64,000 nt of DNA from Mobula hypostoma (lineage: Eukaryota). The stretch covers positions 105,216,001 through 105,280,000 of the forward strand of contig NC_086108.1 in assembly GCF_963921235.1 (NCBI RefSeq), read 5' to 3'. Below are positions 25,980-39,515 of the stretch, in pieces. Under the pieces are notes generated by a model. It was not told the DNA's origin. It did no database searches and was given only the letters and a program-made list of their open reading frames with translations. Within the stretch, counting starts at the first letter, position 1; each line of letters begins with the position of its first letter. Both the position numbers and the translations under genes were made by a program.

Positions 25980-26578
25980 GCTGTGTACATACCTCTATTG
26001 ATGCTTCTGGACACATCTTCAGTGATGTTCCTGGAATCATCGGGTGTTTCGGGTCTTTCAACATCATACAACCTCCTCCAGGTGACCCAGCGGGGGCTGA
26101 TCAGACCTCAGCTTGTGTCCAGATGGCTGGCTACTTATGACTCCATGGCTCCCCTCTTTTGAGCCACAGCCATCTTGAGGCCCTCTCTGCCGCATCAGTG
26201 GTACTGCGGATGGCTCTCCTCTTCCTCTCTCCCTCGATGCCCAAAATGCTGAAGGCTCTAACTAAGGAATGGGCTACGAATCCCCTACAACCAACCTCCA
26301 CTGGGAGACACCTCGCTCTCCATCCAGCCTGCTGACAGTTGCCGACCAGTCCTGCGTACTTGGAGAGCTTCCTTTCAAAGGCCTCTTCCAACCTATCTTC
26401 CCATGGGACTGTCAGCTCCAGCAGCACCACTTGCTTAGACACTAGAACAATGTCTGGTTGCAGGGTGGTGGCTGCGATATGGTTGGGGAACTTCAGCTGC
26501 CGTTCGAGGTCCACCAACAGCCGCCAGTCCCTTGCAGAGGTCAGGGTGCCTGCAGAAGTTCTTTTGGCGGGTATTGGG
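25980..26578 (-). mobile_element. HERO/NeSL-like LINE 3' fragment with restriction-like endonuclease
   Basis: Part of ORF 26131-26757: LQPDIVLVS…LLELTVPWEDRLEEAFERKLSKY…PVEVGCRGF…AERASRWLW. Confidence 0.85.
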
Positions 26579-29500
26579 AACCTGTTCAATAGAAAATGAA
26601 ATACCATATGTGAAAAAAGAACAAATTGTGCAAATAGCAGAAAACAAGCAAAATAAAAACCACAGATAATATGAAACATCAAACCACAGAGTCCTTGAAA
26701 CAGTCTAGGAATATTCAGTTTAGTCAGTTCATTGCAATTTAGCGTTATGTCATTCACTGACTGCAGGCCGGAGAGCTAGTATGCCCTGATCAAAATTGCA
26801 CAAGATGGCAATAAAAAAATGGAGTAACCAGAAACCAGAAACACATCATAATATGAGCTACAGATCTCAGTCCACAAACCACATTGATTAAACCTTGCCA
26901 AAGACACAGGACTCCATACCAGCCATGATACAACCTGTCAGGATGCTTTCAACAATACATCTGTTCAAAGTTCAAAGGAAGTTTATTTTCAAGGTACAAA
27001 TCTGTCACTGTATACTCCTCTGAGATGGGGATTCACAGTGAATAAAATGAAACACAATAGCATCAATGGAAAACCTCACAAGATGCAAAAGACAAGAAAC
27101 TGAGCAAATACAAAAAAAAGGAAAAATTAAATAACCAATAAGTCAAAAGAAGACATGTTGTAGACACCTCCTTAAATCCCCAATAAAATTAAAGACTGGT
27201 GCACATTCCTTGTGATTCTTTCCTCATATTCATTCTTGGGTTGGATTTTCCAACTGCCACAATATTTCAGGTATCATCTCATGAGGGACAAAAGCAATTT
27301 ATTGGATTTTCACTGTTGCTCAAAATGACAATCTTAATAGTTTTTTTAAACTGCAAAGACCTACATGGAAGGTGTTCCTTCTTTGATTAAGTTCTATGTC
27401 AGCAGAATTTAAATCTTCATTTATTTTGCTTTAAGCACGCTTTGTACACCATTTAGTTTCTTCTCGCTGACAAACTTGTCTTTGAGACAGTGACTCTGGG
27501 CTCTGGTTTTACAGTAGATCATGGAGTAAACCCATTCTTGCAGCCCAGTCCATCATGCAATTCAGTCTCCTCTCCATTAATTCTATCTATGGTTCTACCC
27601 CAGATATTCTCTCTTCTCCTCTCTTCTATCAGACAGAAGATACAAGAGCACATACCACCAAGTTCAGAGACAGCTCCTTTTCTACTGTTATCAGACACTT
27701 GAATAGATCTCCTATACACTGAAAGGTGAACTTGCACCACATTTGACCACTTGCACTGCACTTCCTCTGTAACTGCAGCGTTATAATCTCCTTACCATTT
27801 TTCTTTTATACTACGTTGATGTTTGTGGTCTTCTGCTGCTCTAGCCAATCCACTTCAAGGTTCAACACATTGTGCATTCAGAGCTGCTCTTCTGCACACC
27901 ACTGTTGTAACGCATGGTTATTTGAGTTACTGTCGCCTCCCGTCAGCTTGAATCAGTCTGACCTCTCCCACCAACAAGGCAATTTTGCCCTCGGAACTGC
28001 TGTTCACTGGATATTGCTTTTTGTTTTAAATTTTCTGCACTATTCTCTGTAAACTCTGGAGACTGTTGTGAAAATCCCAGGAGATCAGCAGTTTCTGAGA
28101 TATTCAAACCACCTCATCTAGCAACAGCAATCCATTCAGAAGTCTGATGGCAGAGGGGAAGAAGCTGTTCCTAAAACTTTGAGTGCGTGCCTTCAGGCTC
28201 CTGTACTTCCTCACCGATGGTAGCAATGAGAAAAAGGCATGGGGGTCCTTAATGTTGGATGCACCTTTTTGAGGCATTGCCTTTTGAAGGTGTCCTCAAT
28301 GCTGATGAAGTTGGATGAGTCTGGACATCTCTGTAGCTTTTATTGATCCTACGCATTAGAGTCTCCACCACAGTTGGTGAAGGAACCAGTCAGAATGCTC
28401 CCCGTGGTACATCTGTAGATATTTTGTATCTGCATTCAAAAGCTTTTCTCTGTAGCTCAATACATGTGACAATAGCAAACTAGTTAGCAATACCATCATA
28501 CCACCAAGAATACATTTTTAATACTAATTCTTTCTCCTACCCATAGTCCAATCACTCCCCCAACACCCCAGACTCCATCATTCACTTACACACTGGGGGC
28601 AATTAACAGCAGCCAATTAACCACCAGATTATAGGGAACATAGGAGGAAGTCAGAGAACCCAAAGGAAACCCATACGTCACAGGGAGGATGTGCAAACTC
28701 CACACAGATAGTGCAGGAGGTTGGGATTGAACCTGTGTCATTGGAGTTGTGAAGCAGCAGCACCACCAGTTGCACCATTCTGCTGCCAGCAAGCTCGCCA
28801 TGTTACAACCTCTTTCAGTGAATTCAGTGTTAGTTTGAGGCTGGAATGATGACCACTGTCCTTTCTACGTTTAGCATGGGGGATCTGCAAAGCCGACGGA
28901 CAGGGTGGATTTGACCCTGGCAAAAGAGGGTGCTGTCCGACCACCACAACCGCCCCCCCCCCCCACTTTTTAACAGATGTCTATGCACAGAAAAACTGCA
29001 AAACACGTTTCTAGCATGCTGTTAATCCACTGAGACAGAAAAAAATGAATTTCATCAAGAATAGCGTTCTAAGGGGAAATTGTGCATGATGAGAAAAAAA
29101 ACATTTGAATAAAATATTGCTTTACTTTAAAGAGAATAATACTTGGTAATGTAAAGCCTCAGGCAACAGGCACCTCTTTGACTGGATTTCTCTCAAGGCT
29201 AAATCACTGGATGACAATCCCAGAGAAAATGCCTTTTGAACGCATCAGGAATTATGCATTTATTCCCAAAAGGCAGGACCATGTTCATGATGAGAACAAG
29301 CAGGCACAAATCAAAGCACAGAGAGGGGAAAAAAAAACTAGGGTGAGTGATCTGTGCACCACAACTAGATAAAAGTCTATCCGGCATCTGAATTCAATTA
29401 ATCGTTATTGGATCAAATTGCTCCCGACTTGTATTGTATAGAGCATGCACATCGTTTGGCCAAGACCAGGCTGTAATGTTTTGAGTGTGCTGTCAAATTC

Positions 29501-30699
29501 AAGGAGAATGATGGGGTTTCAGCAGTGCACGTCACATTCAGAGCGAGATTCGATTCCTCATGAGCATCTAGATTTCTTGAGAGAGCTCATGCTGTGCGTT
29601 TGTGTTTGCTTTTAAAAGGAAAAAAAAATATTTACTTGATCAAGTGTGACAGCGTAAGCTCAGTTACTGATACACCACCCGCCTCAAATCAGACAGCATG
29701 CTTGCTCTGAAGCTTACATATGAACTGAGAGAATTCTCCATTCAATATTTGGCTGCGGAGACCCAGATCTGAAGCCAAATGTGGTGTTGTATTCTCAAAA
29801 TGGTTGTCATACATTATTGTTGAAGTGTAAGGAAGATACTTCTTAGGTTTTAAGTAACACTTACTAAACTACACCCCTCCTCAGTCCACCAATCACCTCA
29901 GAGTCTTTTCTCACTACTCCCCTTACCCTCTTTATACTGGCTATCTCGCTTGTCAAATATTCTTCTTGATGCAGGGCTTCAACAATTCCTCTCCCTTCTG
30001 ACCTGTTGAATTCCTCCAGCAGATAATTGGTCCAGGTTATATATGAGGGATATTTAAGAGAGTCTTAGATAGGAAAGTGGGTGATGGATTATCAGGGGTA
30101 TAGATAAGGTAAATGCAAGCAGGCTTTTTCCTCTGAGGTTGGGTGAGACTAGAACAAGAGGTCATGCGTTGAGGGAGAAAGATGAAATGTTTAAGGGGAA
30201 CATCTTCACTCAGAAGGTAATGAGAGTGTGGAACAAGTTGCTGGTGGAAGTGGTAGCTGTGGGTTCGATTTCAATATTTAAGAGAACGTTGGATAGGTAC
30301 ATGGATGGGAGGAATATGGTGAGCTAAGGTCTGTGTACAGATCAATGGGACAAGGCAGAATAAAAGTTTGACATGAAATGTTCTGTGACTATGACTCTAC
30401 CTGCAGTCTCATGTGTTTGCATGCTAAAATTAGTGGTTTCTCTTGGCAGTCTTTTTCCCCTCAGGTTGGGAGAGACAGGAACCAGAGGACATAGGTTAAA
30501 GGTTAAAGGTGAAATATTTAAGAGACTCCTGAGGGAGAATTTCTTCACTCAGAGGGTGCTGTGAGTGTGGAATGAGCTGCCAGTGGAAGTAGTAGATATG
30601 ATTGGAGTACTGCGCCGACACAGTAGAAGCGTTCCATGCAAGTCTGGTGAAAAGCTTGCAAAACCCAGTCTCCATAAAAGAGGGGCACAGTCTTGTGGA

Positions 30700-33600
30700 G
30701 CAGTCATCATCGGAGTGATCTGGGTCAGGGTGGCTTGGCTCAACGGGCTTTGAAGATAACAGGTGCGGGCAAGGTGAGTAGGTAAGTTCATTCCCTATTC
30801 TTTTACTTAACTCTTGAGAGGCTAGGTGGTACGTCTACAGAGCCAGTGTTCTGTTCTGGGTGTCAGATATGGGATTTCTGGGAGACTACCAGCCTCCCTG
30901 ATGGCCACATCTGCAAAAAGTGCATTGAGATGCAGCTCCTTAGAGACCACGTTAGGGAACTGGAGCTGCAGCTCCGTGACCTTTGGCTTTTTAGGGAAAG
31001 TGAAGCAGTGATAGGCAGGAGCTCCAGGGAGGTGGTCACCCCAAGGCTACAGGAGACAGATAAATGGATGACTGTCAGGAGAGGGAAGGGAGAATATCAG
31101 GTAGTGGAGATCACCCCTATGGCTGTACCCCTCAACAATAAGTACTCCATTTTGAGTAGTGTTCCGGGGGGGGGGGGTGGTGGGAAGAGAGAACGGCCGT
31201 GCCTCTGGCACTGAATCTGGCCCTGTGGATGGGTTGCACTTGAATCCGAAGGGGACTAATATTCTTGTTGGCAGGTTTACTAGAGCTGTTGGGAATGGTT
31301 TAAACTAATATTACACAGCGATAGGAACCAGTATAATAGAGCTGAGAATGAGCCAGCAAGTTTACAAGTAGATGATGGGTGTAACATGCATGTAAGGAAG
31401 GACAAGCCAATGATTGGGTACAAATGCAGACAGATCATAGAGTTAAATTGTACCACAAAAGCAAAATTCAAAAGGGTGAAGAATGCGGGACTGAAGGTGC
31501 TGTATTTAAATGTGCGTAGCGTTTGGAATAAAGTGGACAAACTCATGGCCAATATGACATTGTGGGCATCACTGAGTCATGGCTGAAAGAGGCCATTGTT
31601 GGGAGATTAACATCAAAGGATATGCTTTGTATCAAAAGGACAGGCAGGAAGGCACAGGTGGTGGTGTGGCTCTGTTCGTAAGAGATGGAATTACATCTTT
31701 AGAACGAGGTGACAGAGTCAGAGAATGTTGAATCTTTGTGGGTGGATTTAAGAACCTGCAAGGGTTAAGAAAACCATTATGGGAATCTTATAAAAGCCTC
31801 TAAATAGTAGCCAAGATTGTAGGGTTGAGATTGCAAAGGGAGCTGGAAAAGGCATGTAATAAAGGTAATGTCACAGTTGTAATGGGGGACTTCAATATGC
31901 AAGGGTATTGGGAAAATCAGGTTGGTGTCAGATCGTAAGAGAGGGAATTTGTTGTATGCCTATGAGATGGCTTTTTTGAGCAGCTTGTGCTTGAGCCTTC
32001 TCGAGGAATGGCTATCTTAGATTGGGTGTTGTGTAATAACCCAGATCATATTAGGGAGCTTAATGTAAAGGAAACCTTCGGAGGCAGTGATCATAATATG
32101 ATTGAATTCATATTGCAGTGTGAGAGGGAGAAGCACGAGTCACGAGTATCAGTATCACAATGGAATAAAAAAAGAATTGTAGAGGCATGAGAGAGGAGCT
32201 TGCCCAGGTGGATTGGAGGAGGACACTGGTGGGGATGATGGCAGAGCAGAGGTGGCTGAAGATTCTGGGTATAGTTCACAAGGCACAGAATAGATATGTC
32301 CCACAGAGGAAGAAATTCTGAACTGGCAGCGTAGGCAACTGTGACAGATAAGAGAAGTTAAGGGCTGCATAAAATCCATGGAGAGGGCATATAAGGTAAT
32401 AAAGTGACTGGGGATGATTGGGAAGCTTTTAAAATCCAACAAAAGGCAACCAAAAGAACTATAAGAAGGGAAATTGCAAAATATGAGGGCAAACTAGCCA
32501 AAATTATAAAGCAGTAAACTAAAAGTAATATAAAGAGTAAAAGGGAGGTTAGAGTTGATATTGGACCACTGGAAAATGATGCTGGCATGGTAGTAGTGGG
32601 GGACTAAGAAATAGCAGATGAACTTAGTGAGTACTTTCCACCAATCTTCTCTGTGGAAGACACTAACTGTATGCCAGAGATCAACGTCAGTAAGACAGAT
32701 GAAAGAGCGGATTGTGGGCTTCTGGAAGGGTAAGACGAAGGAACACATACCAATTCTCATAGAGGGATCAGAAGTGGAGAGAGTGAGCAGTTTCAAGTTC
32801 CTGGGTGTCAAAATCTCTGAGGATCTGACCTGGTCCCAACATAGTGATGCAGTTATAAAGAAGGCAAGACTGTGGCTATACTTCATTAGGAGTTTGAAGA
32901 GATTTGGTATGTCAACAAATACACTCAAAAACTTCTATAGATGTGGCATGGAGAGCAGATTGACTACATCACAGAGACCTGAGAGAGGTTGCTGAAGAAT
33001 GATGGATGCATTGATCATGATCTTTCAAGAATCACTTGACTCTGGCATGGTCCAAAGTTCAAAATGTCACTCAATCTTTAAGAAGGGCGGAAAGCAAAAG
33101 AAATTATAGGTCAATTAGCCTAACCTCAGTGGTTGGTAAAATGTTGGAGTCTATTATTAAGGATGGCATTTCAGAGTACTTGGAAACTAATTATAAACTA
33201 AGTCAAATTCAGTATGCTTTCTATCAAGGGAAATCTTGTCTGACAAATCTGTTAGAGTACTTCAAGGAAATAACAAGCAGGGTGGACAAAGGAGAGGCAG
33301 TGGATGTCATTTACTTGGGTTTTCAGAAGGCATTTGATAAGGTGCCACACATGTGGCTGCTTAACAAGATAGAATCCAATAACATTACAAGAAAGGTACT
33401 GGCATGAATAGAGAAATGGCTGACAAGCAGGAGGCAGCAAGTGGGAATAAAAGGGGCCTTTTCTGGTTGGCTGCCAGTGACTAGTGGTGTTCCTCAGGGG
33501 TCAATATTGGGATCGCTGCTTTTCATATTGTTTGTTAATGATTTGGATAATGGAATTAATGTCTTTCTGCAAAGTTTGCAGATGATACAAAGACAGATGG

Positions 33601-34440
33601 AGGAGTGGGTGGTGCTGAGGAAGCAATGTGATTGCAACAGGACTTTGACAAATTGGAAGCATTGGCAAAAAAGTGGCAGATAGAATACAGCGTTGGGAAA
33701 TTTATGACAATGCATTTTGGTAAAAGGAATAATAGTGCTCACTATTATCCAAATGGGGAGAAAAGTCAAACATCAGAGGTTCATGGGAACTTGGGTGTGC
33801 TCATGCAAGACTCCAAAAGGTTAATTTACAGGTTGAGTTTGTGGTAAAGAAGGTAAATGCAATGTTGGCATCCATTTCAAGGAGAATAGAATATAAAAGC
33901 AAGGAGATAATGTCGAGGCTTTATAAAACACCAGTCTGGCTGCATAAAGTATTGTCAACAGTCTTGGGCCCCATATTTCAGAAAGGATGTGTTGTCATTG
34001 GAGAGAGTCCAGAGGAGGTTCAGGGGTTCAGGGAATTAAGGGGTTAAAATAAGAGGAGTGTTTGGCAGCTTTGGGCCTGTACTCACTGGAATTTAGGAGA
34101 ATTGGGGGGGGGGTGGTGTCTCATTGAAACCTACTGAATGTTGAAAGGACTCTATAAGGTGGACGTGGAGAGGATGTTTCCTGTGGTAGAGGCATCCAGA
34201 ACTAGAGGACACAACCTCAAAATTCAGAGGCGACCTTCAGAGGTAAAGAGAAATTTTTTTTAGCCAGAGAGTAGTGAATCTGTGCAATGCTTTGCCGCAG
34301 ACTGCGAAGTCCATGGGTAAATTTAAAGTGGAATTTGATAGTTTCCTTATTGGTCATCGCATCAAAAGATATGGCGAAAAGGCAGGTGTATGGGGTTGAG
34401 TGGGATCTGGGATCAGCCATGAAAAAATGGTGGAGCAGAT
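30700..34440 (+). mobile_element. Long decayed CR1 LINE (ORF1, endonuclease, RT, 3'UTR), with a Rex-like fragment at about 32685-32960
   Basis: ORF1 CSGC…CKKC…[65 protein letters not shown]. Confidence 0.88.
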
Positions 34441-34441
34441 C

Positions 34442-36020
34442 TGAATGAATGAATGAATGAAATTTATTTCAGTCAGTACAAACATAACAAAAACATCATT
34501 TTCAATGATGATTTCATAATGATGATTTCATAGGACAAAATTACAACAAAAAACAGATTTCTTTAAAACAGACTGAAAGGGTGTAGGCTGAAGCTACGGC
34601 TTATTTGTCTACCCCTCTTACTTATACAACATATTTGGTGTCAATCATCACATCAAAAACAAAAAATGTCATAACCTTATAACACAAATTCCAATTCCAA
34701 ATATCATTTATTTACATTACTCCCATTCATTTTAAATCATGTATTTTATATTTGTTCATTAAATTATTTTTAAATAATTTTATAACTTAAGTGTGGTGCA
34801 GGTTTTTAAATTCTCACTACAACTGTTCCATAGATTCACCCCCAGACTGAAATACAATGATTTTTTTTACATTTGTTCTTATCCTTTGTTTTTTGAAATA
34901 TACATGCTCCTCTCAAATCATGTTGACTTTCTCTCATTTTAAACAACCTTTGGATACTTTGTGGAAGCTGTCCATTTTTTTACTTTATACATAATTCGTA
35001 TTATTTTAAAATCTACAAAATCTCTGAATTTTAAAGTGTTTAGTTGAATAAATAGTGGATTGGTTGACTCATAATAACTTGTCTTATTTACAATTTGTAT
35101 GACTTTCTTTTGGAGTAGAAAAATTGAATTTGTAGTTGTTTTATATGTATTTCCCCATACCTCTACGCAGTAAGTCATGTATGGGGCTATAAGTGAGTGG
35201 TATAATGTATACAAAGATTCCTGATTTAAGAAATCTTGCGCTTTGTACAGTATTGAAATAGATTTTGACATTTTTGCTTTGACATTATTTGTGGTTTCCA
35301 GCTTAATTAACTATCTATTACCACTCCTAAAAATTTTGTTTCAGATACCTTATTAATTTCAACATTATTTATTCTAAGTTTAATATAAGAGTTTGGTACA
35401 CGGTTCCAAATATTATGAATTTAGTTTTACTTAGATTCAGTGATAATTTGTTAGTATCAAACCATTTCTTTATAATTTTTAATTCTTTCTCCACTGTATC
35501 CAAAAGTTGTTTCAGACATTCCGCACTACAAAATATAGTTGTATCATCAGGAAATAATATACATTTTAATGTCTGAGAGACAATACATATATCGTTTACA
35601 TACAAAATCAACAGCAATGGACCAAGCACTGAACCTTGTGGAACCCCACAGGTTACCCTCAAAAGTTTTGAATTGGAGTTGTTTATATGTACATACTGAT
35701 ACCTGTCTTCCAAATGACTGCTTAACCGGTCATGTGCCACCCCTCGAATACCATATCTTTCCAATTTTGTTAATAATAATTTGCAGACAATGGTGTCAAA
35801 AGTTTTTTTTAGATCAAGGAATATTCCCACTGAATTCATTTCTTTGCTATTTCTTCTACAAAATCTATTAATGCTACTGTAGTGGTTCTGATTTTTTTCT
35901 GAAACCATATTGCTGTTCACAGAGTATATTATGTTTCGTTATGATATAATTTAGCCTTCTTACAAATATTTGAATGGCTGTATGGTCTAATTCTGTTCTT
36001 ATGTTTTCAATTAAAGGTTC
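34442..36020 (-). mobile_element. Crack/Daphne-like (L2-group) LINE fragment
   Basis: LDLKKTFDTI…KLERYGIRG…GVPQGSVLGPLL…PDDTT; LYHSLIAPYMTYCVEVWG; AT-rich; (TGAA)n tail at 34442-34460. Confidence 0.8.
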
Positions 36021-36146
36021 AATTATGATTTTTAAGATGAGTTTGGATATGTACATGGATGGGAAGGGTATGAAGGGCTATGGAGTGGTGCAGGTAGATG
36101 GGATTAGGAACAAGCATAGATCAGCATAGATTTGCTATGCTGAAGG

Positions 36147-37198
36147 TGTCATAGGTAGGTCACTGGTGGCAGACCCAAATGCAAGACAGAGACACTGAAG
36201 TACTAGGAACAGGACTACGTGTGACAAGGCAGTGAGGGAAAAGGGGAAGAAATAACGCTGGACATTGACACAGGCCCTGGTCGAGACAAGGATTCAGGGC
36301 CTGGGCTAGGGCTTGGACAAGAGACACAGGACCTGGACATGGAACTAGGAACAAGGAGCCTGGACTAGTGACACAGAACTCCAGAACCAGAACCAGAACC
36401 TGGACAAGGACCCAGAACCTGGGTCTTGGTTGGGACTCAGAACCTGGGTCTTGGTTGGGACAGGAAGTGGCTACAGAACAGGACGTGGAACTCCTGCACA
36501 GGAAAAGGCACATGGACAGGACGAGAACACAAAGCCTTGACTTGGATAGGACAAGGCTCTTGGACATGGCCTGGGCAGGTCAAGAGAACCCCAGCACCGG
36601 GCAGGGCAAGGCAAGGCATATGGACAGGACAAGAACACAAAGCCTTGACTTGGTCAAGGGGGACAGGAACACAGACCCTTGGTCAAGGGAGACAGGAACA
36701 TGGCACACAGAGCCAAGACCCCTCCTTGGAAACAGGACATAGGGCCAGGACTCATACACAGAACACAGAGACAGATATCCACTCAAGGTAGCGGCAAACA
36801 GCTAGACCTACTCAGCAGAGGCAAGGGCTCAAACAGACAATTTCCAACACTAGGTAGCAGCAAACAGCCAGACCTACCTAGTGAAGGCATGGACACAGAG
36901 ACAGTTCAAAACAACAATAGACAGTTCCTTATCTTGCTCCAGCAGTTGAACTTGACAGCAGTGCAGACAAGGGTTCAGGAGGAAGGGGCCAGGAAGGGAT
37001 TCAGACAGGAGATTTTGACAAGAACAATCTAGCAGCCAAGCCCTGGTCTCTGGAGGTATTTATGTGTCTGCCAAAATGAGAATCATGTGCCTTAATTAGA
37101 GCACCCAACGGAACAATGGTAAACCGGAAAACCTGGAATACAGATTGATGGACCGGACTGTTAACCGGAATGCCAATTTCACGTACCGGACCATGACA
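36147..37198 (-). mobile_element. Solo LTR (about 1.05 kb), Gypsy-type, inserted in a CR1 3'UTR
   Basis: TGTCAT…ATGACA termini; perfect 5-bp TSD GAAGG (36142-36146, 37199-37203); TATA-like CATAAATA on minus near 37057-37064. Confidence 0.85.
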
Positions 37199-39223
37199 GA
37201 AGGGCCTGTTTCTCTGCTGTAGGGCTCTATGACTCCATGACTGTGAGTGATTCTGTCGTGGATCCATGCAAATTTTGACTTTATAGGGATGGTTCTCACT
37301 ATTGAAGTAGCAGAACAGTTAGTTTGAGGTAATTAAAGATTAGGTGATGATATTCAGTCCAATTCTGGTGCCGATTGTAAGGGATTTGTTTGTTTTCCCG
37401 TGACTGTGTAGGTTTCCTCTTGGTGCTCTGCTTTCTACCCAGAGTCCAAAGACGTACCAGTTAGTAGGTTAATTGGTCATTATAGATTGTTCTTTGTTTA
37501 GGCTAGAGTTAAATAAGCAGGTTGCTGGGCAGTGTGATTTGTTGGGCCAGAAGAGCCCGTTCTGTGCTATATCTCTAAATAAGTGAATAAACATTTCCAG
37601 ATGAATGAATGCACTGTTTATGTTGGTACGCCTCTCATTTCCCATGCACGAGGGACACGCCTAATGAGCTTCCTGTAATGCTCATTTCCTGCAACTATTG
37701 ATGGAAAATGGGCACTTAACAGTCTGCTGGAGGAACCCAGCAGGTCAAGCAGCATCTGTGGGGGGGAAAGGAAATTAAGTTTTGTCGAAATTCTGTATCA
37801 GGTCTGTGAAACAAAGCTTGAAGTTGCGTCTTATCTTCCTTGTCGAGTGGTCTCAATTCAACCAAGGTTCAAAGTTCAAACCATTGCACAACTTGTAGCT
37901 TTTGTGGTTAGTTAAATGAAGCGCTGCTCAGACTGGGAACTCATATAGACAACTAGCGATCTGCAGAACTCATTACTGATCACTCTGCTGTCTTCCAAGG
38001 TTCACCCTGCATGTGCCAAAACTAACAGTCAAAGTCAAAGACAAGTGTATTGTCATCTGCACATGTACATCTCTACATACGTGCAATGGAACACTTAATT
38101 GCAACAACATCACAGGCACATAGTACTGGACTCTGCTGTTTAAATCCAAAGTCAGGAACAAGGCATAAAATGTATTCACAATCATTTTATTAAGAGTTGA
38201 CAAAACAAAGAGAACAAGAACTGAACCATGACAGGGGTCTTACTGCTTGAAGAAGAGAGGATGCAAAGATGGTACCGAGCATAAAATGGTTACTTTTATA
38301 CTGAGAGATAAGAAAATTTCTTAAATAGTAATAATCCAATCAGAAAATACGGTCAAAATGTGTAAAATCAACCAGTGAGAAACTGCTAGCCACTTAATGA
38401 AAGTACAAAGAAGCTTTAGAATTGTATATCCTCTAGAGGCACATTAAACTGTTATATATGTAAAGCAACACACACAAAATGCTGGTCAGGCAGCATCCAT
38501 AGAAATTAATAAACAGTCGATATTTCAGGCCAAGAATGTTCTTCAGGACTGGAAGGGAAGGGAGAAGATGCCAGAATAAAAAGGCTGGGGGAGTGGAAGG
38601 AGGACAGTGAGAAGGTGATAGGCAGGTGGATGGCAGAAGTAAAGGGCTGGAGATGAAGTAATCTGATAAGGGGGGAGAGAGGACATTGGGAGAAAGGGAA
38701 GAAGGAGGGGCACCAGGGGTAGGTGAGGAGAAGATGTGTGCCAGCACATAAGAGTAAATCAGAGTGAATCAGCACATAGGAGGGAGGTTGAAAATCTGGC
38801 TGACTGATGCCATAAAGGTAAAGGAAGGAATTTGACTCTCCTCTCCTAAACAGATTCCTTCCTCGCTAGCTCTTTACCTTTCTCACCTGCCTGGCTTTGC
38901 CTATCACTTTCCATCATTTTCCTTCTTTCCCTCCACCCCACACCTTTATTCTGACAACTTCTCCTATCCTTTCCAGTCCTAACTATTTATTCTTTTCTGT
39001 AGGTGCTGCCTGCCCTGCTGAGTTCCTCCAGCATTTTGGGTGTGTTACTTTGGATTTCCAGCAGCTGCAGAATCCCTTGTGTTCATCTACATAAAGGCTA
39101 CTTAAAATATAAGCAGATAATTGATTGTTAAACTGTAAAGAAAATGACAAATACAATTAAACAGTCTGGTCCAACAATAGCTTCAGAGAAACAATACTCA
39201 CAAGGAAAACTTAAATTAAACTT

Positions 39224-39446
39224 ACCTTCAATTACTCCAAAAGACTGAGGTTTGGTAAAATACTGAAAGGCTTTTATTCGCTGTACAATACGACCTCCAC
39301 AGTGAGTGTCTGCCCCCGGACTGAGGGGGAGGGGCAAGGCGAACACCTTTATACAGGACTCTGTGGGAGGAGCCACAGGGGCAGTCAGCAGAGGGGTGTG
39401 TCCAGACAGGTAACCCAGTTACAACATATATACATGGTTTACCACA
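39224..39446 (-). repeat. 3' LTR (outer 6 bp missing)
   Basis: Matches 43412-43655 with 6 substitutions and lacks the 21-bp duplication. Confidence 0.95.
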
Positions 39447-39464
39447 TTCACCCCTCCTTTTTTT
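39447..39464 (-). promoter_or_regulatory. Polypurine tract
   Basis: Minus strand AAAAAAAGGAGGGGTGAA directly before the TG of the 3' LTR. Confidence 0.85.
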
Positions 39465-39515
39465 AAAAAGAGTCCCGCAGGGTGAAGTGACTTACAATAT
39501 TTACAAGAAGTATAT

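Noticed and set aside
36160..37032. Overlapping 110-135 aa ORFs
   Set aside because: They arise from low-complexity, stop-poor LTR repeats
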